DNA of 25,562 nt from a virus (taxonomy: Duplodnaviria; Caudoviricetes), in the IMG/VR virus record IMGVR_UViG_3300036546_000385, positions 1 to 25,562 of that record, one strand, 5' to 3'. Below are positions 16,426 through 24,932 of the stretch, one piece after another. The notes under the pieces are model-generated. The model saw nothing but the letters and a program-made list of their open reading frames with translations, was not told the origin of the DNA and did not search any database. Positions within the stretch are counted from its first letter, which is position 1; every line of letters begins with the position of its first letter. The position numbers and the translations under genes are program-made.

Positions 16426-17898
16426 ATGAGCAAGCTGCTGCCATACCAGAAACGCTGGATCAACGACCGCGCCCCGGTCAAGTTTTGGGAGAAGTCCCGC
16501 CGTATCGGTGCCTCTTGGGGTGACGCGGCTGATAGCGCTCTCGTGGCCTCCAAGGTCAAGGATGATGGCGGTATGTCCACATACTACCTCTCCTACAATA
16601 AAGACATGACCAAGCAGTACGTGGCCGACGTGGCGGGCTGGGCCAAGAAGTTCAACCTCGTCGCCGGGGAACTGGAAGAGATAGTGCTGGTGGATGAGGA
16701 CAAAGACGTCACCATCTATCAGGTGCGCTTTGCCTCCGGCCATGTGGTGCAGGGCCTATCGTCCAACCCGTCAAACCTGCGCTCCAAGCAGGGTAGGGTG
16801 CGGATAGACGAAGCCGCGTTTGTGGAAGATCTGAGCGAACTGCTCAAGGCCGCCATCGCGCTCACCATGTGGGGTGGCGATGTGGCCGTGATCTCCACGC
16901 ACAACGGTGAGGATTCCGAGTTTAACCAGTATATTCAGGATATCCGGGCCGGAAAGCGGGATTACTCTCTGCATCGCACCGACCTTGATGATGCGCTGGC
17001 GGAAGGGCTGTACAAGGCCATCTGCTCGGCCAAGGGAATCGCATGGACAGGGGAAGCGGAAGCACGGTGGCGACAGAAGCTCATCGCGGATTACGGCGAT
17101 GGCGCGGACGAGGAACTGTTCTGCATTCCCAACCGTTCCAGCGGTGCCTGGCTAAACCGCAATCTCATCGAATCCTGCATGAGCCCTGACATTCCGGTAC
17201 TGCGCTGGGCCCCACCTGCAGCCGACTTCGTGGACTGGCCGTTGGACCGTGCCTATCGCGAGGTGCGTGACTGGTGCGAGGGTGAGCTCCAGCCTCTGCT
17301 GGATAAGCTCCACCGTGAATATGGTGGGTGCCGTCATTTTTTCGGTGAAGACTTCGGCCGTTCCGGTGACCTGACCGTGGATGTGCCGCTGTTGGAGCTG
17401 GATAACCTTTCCCTCATCACGCCTTTTCTGCTCGAACTCCGCAACGCCCCATACCGCACTCAGGAACAGATGTTGGCCTACTTTGTAGACCGGCTGCCGC
17501 GATTTTCCGGCGGAGCGCTCGATGCTCGCGGCAACGGGCAGGCCCTCGCGGAATACGCCCGGCAGCGGTACGGCCCGGAGCTGATTCAAGAGGTGATGCT
17601 GTCACAGGGCTGGTACCGTGAGCACATGCCTCCGCTTAAGGCCCAGCTGGAAGACCGCACCATACTGCTACCCAAGGATGCCGGAGTGCTGGACGATTTA
17701 CGCGGCATCAAGGTGTTCAAGGGCATTGCCCGCCCGCCGGAAGCCAGCATCAAGGGTAAGGACGGGCAACGCCACTGCGATAGCGCTGTGGCACTGGCTT
17801 TGGCCCTGTATGCCCGCAACAGCATTGAGATTGGTGAGGAGTGGGGGTGCGCCACGGCTGGCGGTGGGATGGCTCGGAGGATGACACACGGATATTAA
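16426..17898 (+). CDS. terL: Terminase large subunit (Mu gp28-like)
   Basis: LLPYQKRW, EKSRRIGASW, VRIDEAAF, ISTHNG, GEDFGRSGD, HCDSAVALALA. Confidence 0.93.
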   Translation: MSKLLPYQKRWINDRAPVKFWEKSRRIGASWGDAADSALVASKVKDDGGMSTYYLSYNKDMTKQYVADVAGWAKKFNLVAGELEEIVLVDEDKDVTIYQVRFASGHVVQGLSSNPSNLRSKQGRVRIDEAAFVEDLSELLKAAIALTMWGGDVAVISTHNGEDSEFNQYIQDIRAGKRDYSLHRTDLDDALAEGLYKAICSAKGIAWTGEAEARWRQKLIADYGDGADEELFCIPNRSSGAWLNRNLIESCMSPDIPVLRWAPPAADFVDWPLDRAYREVRDWCEGELQPLLDKLHREYGGCRHFFGEDFGRSGDLTVDVPLLELDNLSLITPFLLELRNAPYRTQEQMLAYFVDRLPRFSGGALDARGNGQALAEYARQRYGPELIQEVMLSQGWYREHMPPLKAQLEDRTILLPKDAGVLDDLRGIKVFKGIARPPEASIKGKDGQRHCDSAVALALALYARNSIEIGEEWGCATAGGGMARRMTHGY

Positions 17899-17908
17899 CG
17901 AGGATTTC

Positions 17909-19480
17909 ATGAATACTCCTGTACTGTATCGACCCGATGGGACCGTGATTGATTTTTCCAACGCCGCCGATCGCGCTGCACTGGGAGAGCAACTCGCCAC
18001 ACGCCGCAATGCCCTCGGTGGTTTCGATCTCGGCGCGGCATTAGGCTGGCTGCCGGACCCTGATCCGGTGCTCCGTAAGCGCGGGGACAGCGTCCACGTG
18101 CTGGAAGACCTGATGGCCGATGATGAGGTCACACAGGCTATTCAGTCCCGCAAGCTCAAGACCTTGAACCGCCGTGAGTACCGCTTTTCTCCGGGGGCCG
18201 CCAAAGGAGAGGAGCCCACTGCACAGGCCGAACGACTGTGTGACGATCTTGTCCGGGACTTTGAGCAACTGGACATGGACGTGCTGATCAGTGGCATCCT
18301 CGATGCGCCGTACTTCGGCATGACGCCCGTAGAACTTGTATTCGTCCCGGATGGTGGACGGCTTCGCCTGGTCGCAGCTGACCCCAAACCGGTAGAGTGG
18401 TTTGCCTTCGATGATGACAACCGGCTCATGTTCCGGGGCGAGTTCTTCGGGCAGGCCCAGCCGGTGCACCCGTACAAGTTTGTGCTGGCCCGCCATTTTC
18501 CCACCTACAAGAACCCGTATGGCCTGCGTCTCCTGTCCCGTTGCCTCTGGCCCGTGGCGTTCAAACGTGGAGGCATCGAATTCTGGTGCCGGTTCACTGA
18601 GAAATACGGGCAGCCGTGGATGCTCGGCACGGCCCGCGCCAGTGCCACACAGCCGGAAATCAACCGTATGGCCGCCGACCTTGCCGCCATGGTGCAGGAC
18701 GCTGTTGCCGTCGTGCCGAACGGGGCCAAGGTGGAGGCCGTGGAGTTCTCTGCCAAGGGTGGCTCCCAACACCTTGAGTTCATCACCCACTGGGACAAGT
18801 CCATCAACAAGGTGATCAAGGGGCAGACCCTTACCAGCGATGTGGGGGATGGCCATTCCAACGCGGCCACGCAGACCCATTACCAGTTGCTCGGTGACTA
18901 CTCGGAGGCGGATGCCCGGCTTGTGGAAACCGCCATGAACAACATCGCGTGGGCCTACACGCAGGTCAACGCATCGGCAGAGTTCGCACCTCTCTTCGGG
19001 TACGTCGAACCAGAGGACTATGCCGCGCAGGCAGAATTAGACACCAAGCTGAAGAACCTCGGTGTGCGGTTCAAGAAAACCTATTTCGTGAGGACCTATG
19101 ATCTCACGGAAGATGAGTTCGAGCTGGATGGCGAAACTGAAGATGCGCCGGATCACGAAGACCGCAACGTCACTGCAGCCGGGGACAAGGACTTCGCTGA
19201 GCACGATGCGGCAGGCAATCCGGACGCGCACCAGCAAGCGCTGGATGCCTTTGTGGAAGCAAGTCTGCCGGAAGCTGCCAAGCGAAATGAGAAATTCATG
19301 GCTGAGGTCAAAGCCGTGCTGCAGGCCGCCGAATCGTGGGAGGACTTGCAGCTCATGCTGGCGGGGCAGCTTGGCAAGTCCATGGACGAGGATGAGCAAG
19401 CCGCTTTCATGGGCGACGTGTTGACCAATGCGGACCTCTTCGGCCGTTACGCCATGCAGAGCAAGTCCGATGACCGTTGA
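17909..19480 (+). CDS. Portal protein (Mu gp29 / DUF935)
   Basis: ILDAPYFG..PVEL, NPYGLRLLSRCLWPVAFK..W..FTEKYGQP, I.KVIKGQTLTS. Confidence 0.92.
   Translation: MNTPVLYRPDGTVIDFSNAADRAALGEQLATRRNALGGFDLGAALGWLPDPDPVLRKRGDSVHVLEDLMADDEVTQAIQSRKLKTLNRREYRFSPGAAKGEEPTAQAERLCDDLVRDFEQLDMDVLISGILDAPYFGMTPVELVFVPDGGRLRLVAADPKPVEWFAFDDDNRLMFRGEFFGQAQPVHPYKFVLARHFPTYKNPYGLRLLSRCLWPVAFKRGGIEFWCRFTEKYGQPWMLGTARASATQPEINRMAADLAAMVQDAVAVVPNGAKVEAVEFSAKGGSQHLEFITHWDKSINKVIKGQTLTSDVGDGHSNAATQTHYQLLGDYSEADARLVETAMNNIAWAYTQVNASAEFAPLFGYVEPEDYAAQAELDTKLKNLGVRFKKTYFVRTYDLTEDEFELDGETEDAPDHEDRNVTAAGDKDFAEHDAAGNPDAHQQALDAFVEASLPEAAKRNEKFMAEVKAVLQAAESWEDLQLMLAGQLGKSMDEDEQAAFMGDVLTNADLFGRYAMQSKSDDR
19270..19294 (+). 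repeat. Internal copy of the end-type motif (within portal)
   Basis: GGAAGCTGCCAAGCGAAATGAGAAA. Confidence 0.8.
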
Positions 19481-20747
19481 GCCTGTAGCGCTGCCGCCCA
19501 AAGAGGCCCTTGCCTATTGGCAGGACAAGGTCTCCGTCACCCCGGAGGAGTTCAAGAACCTTTCCGGGCAGGCCCGCGCACGGGCCTTCACCGTGTCGGG
19601 GCTGTCTCGACAGGACCAGATCGCCGCCGTGCAACAGGCTATCCATGAAGCCATGGCCAACGGGGAAACGCTCAAAGACTTCAAGGACCGTATGGATGCC
19701 GTACTGGAGGGTGCCAAGCTGCCCCGCTGGCGGCTGGAGAACATTTACCGCACCAACACCCAGAGCGCCTACATGGCCGGGCGTTATGCACAGATGCAAC
19801 GCACCACGGCTTTGCGTCCTTACTGGCGCTATGTGGCCGTGGCTGACAACCGCACCAGGCCGGATCATATGGCGCTGCATGGGCTTGTCTATCCCCACGA
19901 TCACGAATTCTGGAGTACCTATTATCCACCCAACGGTTTTGCCTGCCGCTGTACGGTCCAGACCTTGTCGGAACGACAGGTCACGCAGCGCGGCGAGGAA
20001 ATCCAGAAGCATATGCCAGATCTCATTGAGCCGGTGGACCCTCGCACCGGCAACCGCCTTCCGGCTCGTCGCCCGGTTCCTGATGCGGGCTTTGCCGGGA
20101 ACGTGGGTCGAGACTGGCTGCATGGGCTAGCCCCCTCGGAGCTGGACGCCAAAATCAAAGACCTATCTCTTCCCACGCTCTGCCGCACCGGCGCATCATT
20201 TGCCGATTCACAGGCCGGTGACCCGTGCAGGCCGCCGCTGGCCTCGCTGGCCAAGCGCCATATTCTGCCGGTTACGGCAAAGGACATTCTGCCCAGGGGC
20301 CTGAAGGCGGAAGACTACGTGGCCGCATTCCTCAAAGAGTTCGACCTTGCGGATATCAATACCAGCGCTGTGCATACAATTCCGGGCGGTATCCCCGTCG
20401 TTATCGGCAAGGGGTTGTTTATCGACAAGAAAACGGGCGCTTGGAAAGTGCTGAAGAGTGGCCGTGAGCAATATCTGAAGCTGTTAGGCAGAACTATCAA
20501 GGAACCGTGGGAGGTCTGGCAGGTGCCAGCGGAGGTGGCGGGGAAGCCTATGCCGGTGTTGCGGCTGATCCGGCTGTTCCGTGATGAGGAAGAAGGCAGG
20601 GTTGGGGGATTTGCCGTGTTCAATCTGGTGCGGGGCCGTGAATGGCAGGGGGCCACCGCCTTTACCCCCAAGCTCGGCAACGAAGCTGCCATGCTCAAAT
20701 ATATGGAGCGTCAGCGGCAGGGGGCGCTGCTGTACCGCGAGCCCTAA
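19470..20747 (+). CDS. muF: MuF (gp30) minor head protein with C-terminal PBECR2-like nuclease extension
   Basis: RLENIYRTN..SAYMAGR, PYWRYVAVADNRTRPDH, PPNGFACRC; ~200-aa extension with RE.YL.LL..TIKEP.EVW...W.GATAF...YME.QRQG.LLYR. MuF is secure; PBECR2 is recalled from motif. Confidence 0.85.
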   Translation: MTVEPVALPPKEALAYWQDKVSVTPEEFKNLSGQARARAFTVSGLSRQDQIAAVQQAIHEAMANGETLKDFKDRMDAVLEGAKLPRWRLENIYRTNTQSAYMAGRYAQMQRTTALRPYWRYVAVADNRTRPDHMALHGLVYPHDHEFWSTYYPPNGFACRCTVQTLSERQVTQRGEEIQKHMPDLIEPVDPRTGNRLPARRPVPDAGFAGNVGRDWLHGLAPSELDAKIKDLSLPTLCRTGASFADSQAGDPCRPPLASLAKRHILPVTAKDILPRGLKAEDYVAAFLKEFDLADINTSAVHTIPGGIPVVIGKGLFIDKKTGAWKVLKSGREQYLKLLGRTIKEPWEVWQVPAEVAGKPMPVLRLIRLFRDEEEGRVGGFAVFNLVRGREWQGATAFTPKLGNEAAMLKYMERQRQGALLYREP

Positions 20748-20845
20748 AAAACAATGGCCCGGAAGAACCGGGCTTCCGAGCCTGCGACACCCTTGTTTCT
20801 ACCCTCGCCCGGACGAGGTTCAGGGTACGCCGCATGAACTATCTA
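20746..20845 (-). ncRNA. Candidate ~100-nt structured small RNA convergent with muF
   Basis: Bounded by a near-consensus promoter and a GCCCGG-UUCUU-CCGGGC-CAUUG-U6 terminator; internal nested stems UGCGGC(GU)ACCCU/AGGGUGUCGCA and CCUCG/CGAGG. Confidence 0.6.
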
Positions 20846-20850
20846 CTCAA

Positions 20851-20879
20851 AGAATACGCCCGCCATTCCGGCGAGTCAA
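20851..20879 (-). promoter_or_regulatory. Sigma70-type promoter, antisense to the late operon
   Basis: Minus strand reads TTGACT-N17-TATTCT. Confidence 0.75.
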
Positions 20880-20901
20880 CCAATCCTCAAGGAGAAGCGC
20901 C

Positions 20902-21795
20902 ATGAAATGGACCAAGATAGGCCGCACCGGCCTGCATACCGCCATGTCCGGCCAACAGGTGCAACTGACGGAGGCAGACTTTGACAAAGTCGTGGCCACC
21001 TACAACCCCAAGGACCATGAAGCCCCGCTGGTGTTGGGCCATCCTGTGAATAACGGCCCGGCTTTCGGGTGGGTGGATAGTCTCAAACGTGAAGGCGAAT
21101 ATTTATTGGCACAGTTTGCCCAGGTTCCCGACAGCCTGAAGAAAGCCGTGGATAATGGCCACTATAAGAAGGTCAGCATGAGTCTCTACCCGGATGGAAC
21201 CCTCCGGCATGTCGGCCTGCTCGGAGCGACCCCGCCTGCCATCAAAGGCTTGGGTGATATTAACCTCGGCTCCGGGGAAGACACCACGGAGATTCACTTC
21301 GACTTTTCGGAGACGCCGGGTCAACCGGCACCAAACCAGCCGGATATCCCCGGCACGGAGAACACAATGGGCGACAAGGAACTCATTGAAAAACTGAAGG
21401 CGGACAACGCCCGGCTGGAAAAGGAAAAGGCCGATGCCGACAAGTCCGCAGCTGATGCCAACAAGGCCAAGGAAGCGGCAGAAAAGAGCTTTGCCGAGGC
21501 ACAGGCCGCGAAGGCCAAGGAAGCCCGCACCGCCAAGGTTGATGCCCTGATCAAGGATGGCAAAGTGCTGCCCGCAGAAAAAGACCGCATTCTCGCGTTT
21601 GCGGAGCGCCTCGGTGGCAAGCCCGGCGATGAAATCTGCTTCAGCGAGGGCGAAGGAAAGAAGGCCGTTGAAGATCATTTCTTCAACTGGCTTGAAGGGC
21701 GTCAGGCTCACGGGCTGTTCGATTTCTCTTCGCCCGATCAGAAGCCCGGCGGTGAAGAATCCATTAACACCAGCGGCCTTGCCGCCAAGTTTTAA
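20902..21795 (+). CDS. Mu gpI-like head maturation protease / scaffold
   Basis: EAPLVLGHP..PAFGWV..L, YKKVSMS, LRHVGLLGATPPAIKGL; coiled-coil C-terminus; AAGGAG RBS before ATG 20902. Confidence 0.88.
   Translation: MKWTKIGRTGLHTAMSGQQVQLTEADFDKVVATYNPKDHEAPLVLGHPVNNGPAFGWVDSLKREGEYLLAQFAQVPDSLKKAVDNGHYKKVSMSLYPDGTLRHVGLLGATPPAIKGLGDINLGSGEDTTEIHFDFSETPGQPAPNQPDIPGTENTMGDKELIEKLKADNARLEKEKADADKSAADANKAKEAAEKSFAEAQAAKAKEARTAKVDALIKDGKVLPAEKDRILAFAERLGGKPGDEICFSEGEGKKAVEDHFFNWLEGRQAHGLFDFSSPDQKPGGEESINTSGLAAKF
21367..21795 (+). CDS. In-frame nested scaffold protein (Mu gpZ-like)
   Basis: GGAG RBS then ATG 21367 (MGDKELIEKLK...) after a Pro-rich linker; same arrangement as Mu I/Z. Confidence 0.5.
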   Translation: MGDKELIEKLKADNARLEKEKADADKSAADANKAKEAAEKSFAEAQAAKAKEARTAKVDALIKDGKVLPAEKDRILAFAERLGGKPGDEICFSEGEGKKAVEDHFFNWLEGRQAHGLFDFSSPDQKPGGEESINTSGLAAKF

Positions 21796-21806
21796 GGGGA
21801 AGAAGG

Positions 21807-22154
21807 ATGGTACATGACGCTGTTGTCCGCGTCCGCCATACGGTCACCAGTGTGACCACCGGGGCTGGCCCGCACATAGAACGCGAATATCCCAAGAAGG
21901 CCGATGCCGTTATCCCTATGGGTGCTGTGGTGGCTCTGGATGCCGGGGAGGCCGTTGTCTACGATCCGGCAGGAGCTCTGCCCATCAAGGGCGTGGCTAC
22001 TCTTAACGCCAATGCCGATGAACCCGGCATCTCCCTGTGTGTGCTGGGCCGTGTCCGCGCTGATCTGCTGACCGTGTCCGGCGGCGCTGCACCGGATGCC
22101 GCAACCCTCGCCAAACTCGAAGAGCGTCACATCTACGCAGAGGAGAGTGTGTAG
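21807..22154 (+). CDS. Head decoration protein
   Basis: 115 aa between scaffold and capsid; IPMGAVVA...GVA...G.VRADLL pattern. Confidence 0.65.
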   Translation: MVHDAVVRVRHTVTSVTTGAGPHIEREYPKKADAVIPMGAVVALDAGEAVVYDPAGALPIKGVATLNANADEPGISLCVLGRVRADLLTVSGGAAPDAATLAKLEERHIYAEESV

Positions 22155-22157
22155 TCC

Positions 22158-23147
22158 ATGTTTGATCTGAAGCCGTATTTTACCGCAGCTCGTATCGCCA
22201 AACGGTTCGAGGTCGCTCCGCCTCTGGCCACTACGGTCATGGACCTGTTGTTCCCGGCGGACGTGCGGGCGAACTATGAATCCCCCGTCATTCCTGTCTC
22301 CGACATCAAGCAGGTTGTAGGTGCCGTACCGGTTGTGCGCCGTGGCAGTGCGTCCATTCCCCTGCGTGGCGAAGATACTGAAACCTCCTATATCGAACCC
22401 TTGCCGGTGCGTATCCATGACGAACTGAGCGCCGTGGATCTTAACAACCTCAAGATCGCCAGCCCCACCACGCTGGAGCAGTGGTCCAATCGCAAGCAGC
22501 TGGCTCTGCGAAGGGCGGCCCGCCTCACGTCGGAAGTTCTCTGCGCTCAGGCCGCATTCGATGGTCGGATTGCTTATCCTCTGTTGCAGTCCAACGGCTC
22601 TTTCACCACGTATCAGGTGGATTACGGGGCTCCGCTCGATCATGCCTTGGCAGCTGCCGAGAAATGGGACCATGCCGATGCCAGTCTCATGATTGTGTAC
22701 GGATTGTTGGAAGATATGGCCACGGACCTCGACAAGGCAGGGTATGGCGGTTCCAAGATCACGTTTGCCGGGAGACTGGCTTTCTCCACGGTGCTCAAGC
22801 TCATCGAGGCCACCGACAAACCCAAGATTCCCGTCCTGGTGGAAAAGGACGGCTCCATCTCGCTTGGTGGTCACACCATCCGCAAGATGGCCGAAACCTA
22901 CTATGACCCGTCCACCAAGACCACCAAGCCCAAGCTGGCCGACAAGGAAGTCCGCATGATTGCCACCGGCAATACGGCCTTCTTCTATGGCCCTGTGGAC
23001 GATCTGGACGCTAACCTGCACGCCATGCCCATGTTCATCAAGCCCATCAAGCGGGACAACCCTTCCGGCATCCTGCTGGTCGGTGAGTCCAAGCCCCTGC
23101 CTGCTGTCGCCCCCAAGGCCACCGTCAAGGCCACCGTCCTCGCCTAA
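22158..23147 (+). CDS. Major capsid protein (lambda gpE-like type)
   Basis: 329 aa; PVVRRG, EVLCAQA..G, YQVDYG, ESKPLP; position in the head module. Confidence 0.82.
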   Translation: MFDLKPYFTAARIAKRFEVAPPLATTVMDLLFPADVRANYESPVIPVSDIKQVVGAVPVVRRGSASIPLRGEDTETSYIEPLPVRIHDELSAVDLNNLKIASPTTLEQWSNRKQLALRRAARLTSEVLCAQAAFDGRIAYPLLQSNGSFTTYQVDYGAPLDHALAAAEKWDHADASLMIVYGLLEDMATDLDKAGYGGSKITFAGRLAFSTVLKLIEATDKPKIPVLVEKDGSISLGGHTIRKMAETYYDPSTKTTKPKLADKEVRMIATGNTAFFYGPVDDLDANLHAMPMFIKPIKRDNPSGILLVGESKPLPAVAPKATVKATVLA

Positions 23148-23169
23148 TCCCCCTCTGTGCGAAGACCGC

Positions 23170-23198
23170 TCCAGAGGGCCTGAACAAGGCCCTCTGGA
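23170..23198 (+). other. 12-bp perfect hairpin after the capsid gene
   Basis: TCCAGAGGGCCT-GAACA-AGGCCCTCTGGA; no T tract. Confidence 0.7.
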
Positions 23199-23260
23199 TG
23201 TCGGGCCGAGTCGAACCTGTAACACTAGTTCAAAACTAGTCCAAAACGCCCGGAACAAGC

Positions 23261-23692
23261 ATGTACTGCGAACGAACCGACCTGCACGACTACATTCCTG
23301 CCGCGTATCTGGATGCGGCAGACAAGGTAACGCCCGGCATCGTGGGTCGAAAGATAGCCAGCGTGTGTGGTGCCGTCGACGATGCCCTTCGCCGTCATTA
23401 CGTGCTGCCGCTCGTCACAGTGCCTGAAACCATCAAGCGCATGTCGGCTGTCATGGCGGCGTATGAAGCCATCGGCGGCATAACGGCTGTGAAGGACGAC
23501 ACCAACGCTGGCAACAAGCTGCTGGTGCTGCAGGATCTCTATAAGCAGGCCCGCAAGGACTTGGCTCTGATCCGGGATAACAAGCTGGAACTGGGATTGG
23601 ATGAGCTGGGGCTGGAACCTTCTGAAGGCGCGGACGGGACCATGGCTGTGGTGACACGCCCGGCAACACTGAACCTCAAGGGGTGGCGCTGA
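23261..23692 (+). CDS. Mu gp36-like (DUF1320) head-tail adaptor
   Basis: MYC...DL, VDDALRRHYVLPL..VP, YKQARKDL..IRD.KL.LG. Confidence 0.82.
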   Translation: MYCERTDLHDYIPAAYLDAADKVTPGIVGRKIASVCGAVDDALRRHYVLPLVTVPETIKRMSAVMAAYEAIGGITAVKDDTNAGNKLLVLQDLYKQARKDLALIRDNKLELGLDELGLEPSEGADGTMAVVTRPATLNLKGWR

Positions 23693-24183
23693 TGGCTGGT
23701 GCATCCTTCTCCATGCCCATGGACGGCCTGATGCGGGCCGTGGATGCGGGCATATCGCATGCCCAGCGCACCCAGCAGCTGGCCGAGGCTATCGGCGAGG
23801 CGCTCGTTTCCAGTACGCAACAACGTTTTGAAGACCAGGAGCGCCCGGACGGTTCCAAATGGGAACCATCACTCCGGGCCAAGAACGAAGGCGGCGTTAC
23901 CCTGACGGACAAGGGGACTCTCAAAAAATCCATAGGGTACGCTGCCAGCCCGGCTAAGGTCACGGTCGGCACCAGCATGAAATATGCGGCCATTCATCAA
24001 CGCGGGGGAACCATCAGGGGCAAGAAGGGCAAGCTTAAGTTTCCGTTGCCGGGGGGTGGTTTCGCCCAGGTTGATCAGGTGGCCGTACCGGAGCGCTCCT
24101 ATCTCGGTCTGTCCGAGGAAGACGTCAAGGAAGTGCGGGAGATGATGGTGCAGCACATGCGTCAAGCCCTGCTGGGTGGATGA
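23692..24183 (+). CDS. Virion morphogenesis protein (Mu gpG / P2 gpS family)
   Basis: TQQRFE.Q..PDG.KW.P, LTDKGTLKKSI, VGT..KYAAIHQ.GG, VPERSYLGLS.ED; TGATG coupling at 23690-23694. Confidence 0.88.
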   Translation: MAGASFSMPMDGLMRAVDAGISHAQRTQQLAEAIGEALVSSTQQRFEDQERPDGSKWEPSLRAKNEGGVTLTDKGTLKKSIGYAASPAKVTVGTSMKYAAIHQRGGTIRGKKGKLKFPLPGGGFAQVDQVAVPERSYLGLSEEDVKEVREMMVQHMRQALLGG

Positions 24184-24199
24184 CAACCAATATGAGAAA
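24175..24199 (+). repeat. Degenerate internal copy of the end-type motif
   Basis: GGTGGATGACAACCAATATGAGAAA versus the terminal site ATAGGGGGACAGCCGAGATGAGAAA. Confidence 0.5.
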
Positions 24200-24722
24200 T
24201 TTCCTTTTCGACCAGATCATAGAGGCCGCAGCGGCCGCCGGAATACCGGAGTCGGCTGTGGTGTTGAATCCCGAAGATGCCGACGACATCACTTTGCCGG
24301 TGCCGCGCATCGATGTTCGCTGGGAGACGCAGCGCCTGAATAAGGCGGGCGGCGTTGTGGGCAAATTCGCGTCTCCGGCAGAACCGGAGCGAAAGCGCAC
24401 CTTGCGGCGCAGGCTGTATCGGGTGCAGCAGCCCATCACCATCACCCTGTGGACGAATGATGAGTCCACGTTTGATGCCCTGTGCGAATCCTTTGTCCGG
24501 GCCTTGCCCCGACAGTTTGCAGACCCTTCCGGCAACCGTGTCACGTGTTCCGTGTCCAGTGCGGAGTGGGGAGGCTTCACTTCCGCGTTGGTGGAGGTGC
24601 TCAAGAAATGGTCGAAAGTTTACCATATAGAATTCAGCGCCATGCTGACGGAAGACACGGAAACCCCGTGGATTCTGGATGTAGCGCCTAATGCAACCTA
24701 TCAGGAGGCAGGACGTGAGTAA
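24180..24722 (+). CDS. Putative tail completion/terminator protein
   Basis: 180 aa; assigned by position between gpG-like gene and sheath; ATGA overlap. Confidence 0.55.
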   Translation: MTTNMRNFLFDQIIEAAAAAGIPESAVVLNPEDADDITLPVPRIDVRWETQRLNKAGGVVGKFASPAEPERKRTLRRRLYRVQQPITITLWTNDESTFDALCESFVRALPRQFADPSGNRVTCSVSSAEWGGFTSALVEVLKKWSKVYHIEFSAMLTEDTETPWILDVAPNATYQEAGRE

Positions 24723-24930
24723 GGGAAGAAAAGACGAGCCGCTCTCCAGCTCGGACCGCGCCGCATTGCAGCAGGTGGCCGAACTGGCTGCCATACACGG
24801 CCTGAAACCGTGGGAACTCGCAGGCATGGTCCGCGCAGAGGGCTGGACGGACGACAAGGCCGTTACCAAAGCCGAATTTGATGCCGCAGTCACCCGGCTG
24901 CGTGAACGCCGTGTCGGCGGCGGGAGGTAG
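24715..24930 (+). CDS. Small hypothetical pre-sheath protein (71 aa)
   Basis: CAGGAGG RBS before GTG 24715; occupies the gp38-like position. Confidence 0.6.
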   Translation: MSKGRKDEPLSSSDRAALQQVAELAAIHGLKPWELAGMVRAEGWTDDKAVTKAEFDAAVTRLRERRVGGGR

Positions 24931-24932
24931 CC

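Noticed and set aside
20746-20845. tRNA or known ribozyme identity for the antisense RNA
   Set aside because: No TTCRA T-loop or cloverleaf, and no hammerhead, twister or pistol core recognised.
20581-20901. N-terminal extension of the protease ORF, and ORF 20642-20905 as an immunity gene
   Set aside because: Both overlap muF, lack a clear RBS and look non-protein-like; the strong RBS is at 20889-20894 for ATG 20902.
21792-23258. Long minus-strand ORFs (488 aa here; also 5263-6180, 15796-16743, 18041-18880, 24162-25211)
   Set aside because: Antisense shadows of GC3-rich phage genes with no recognisable motifs.
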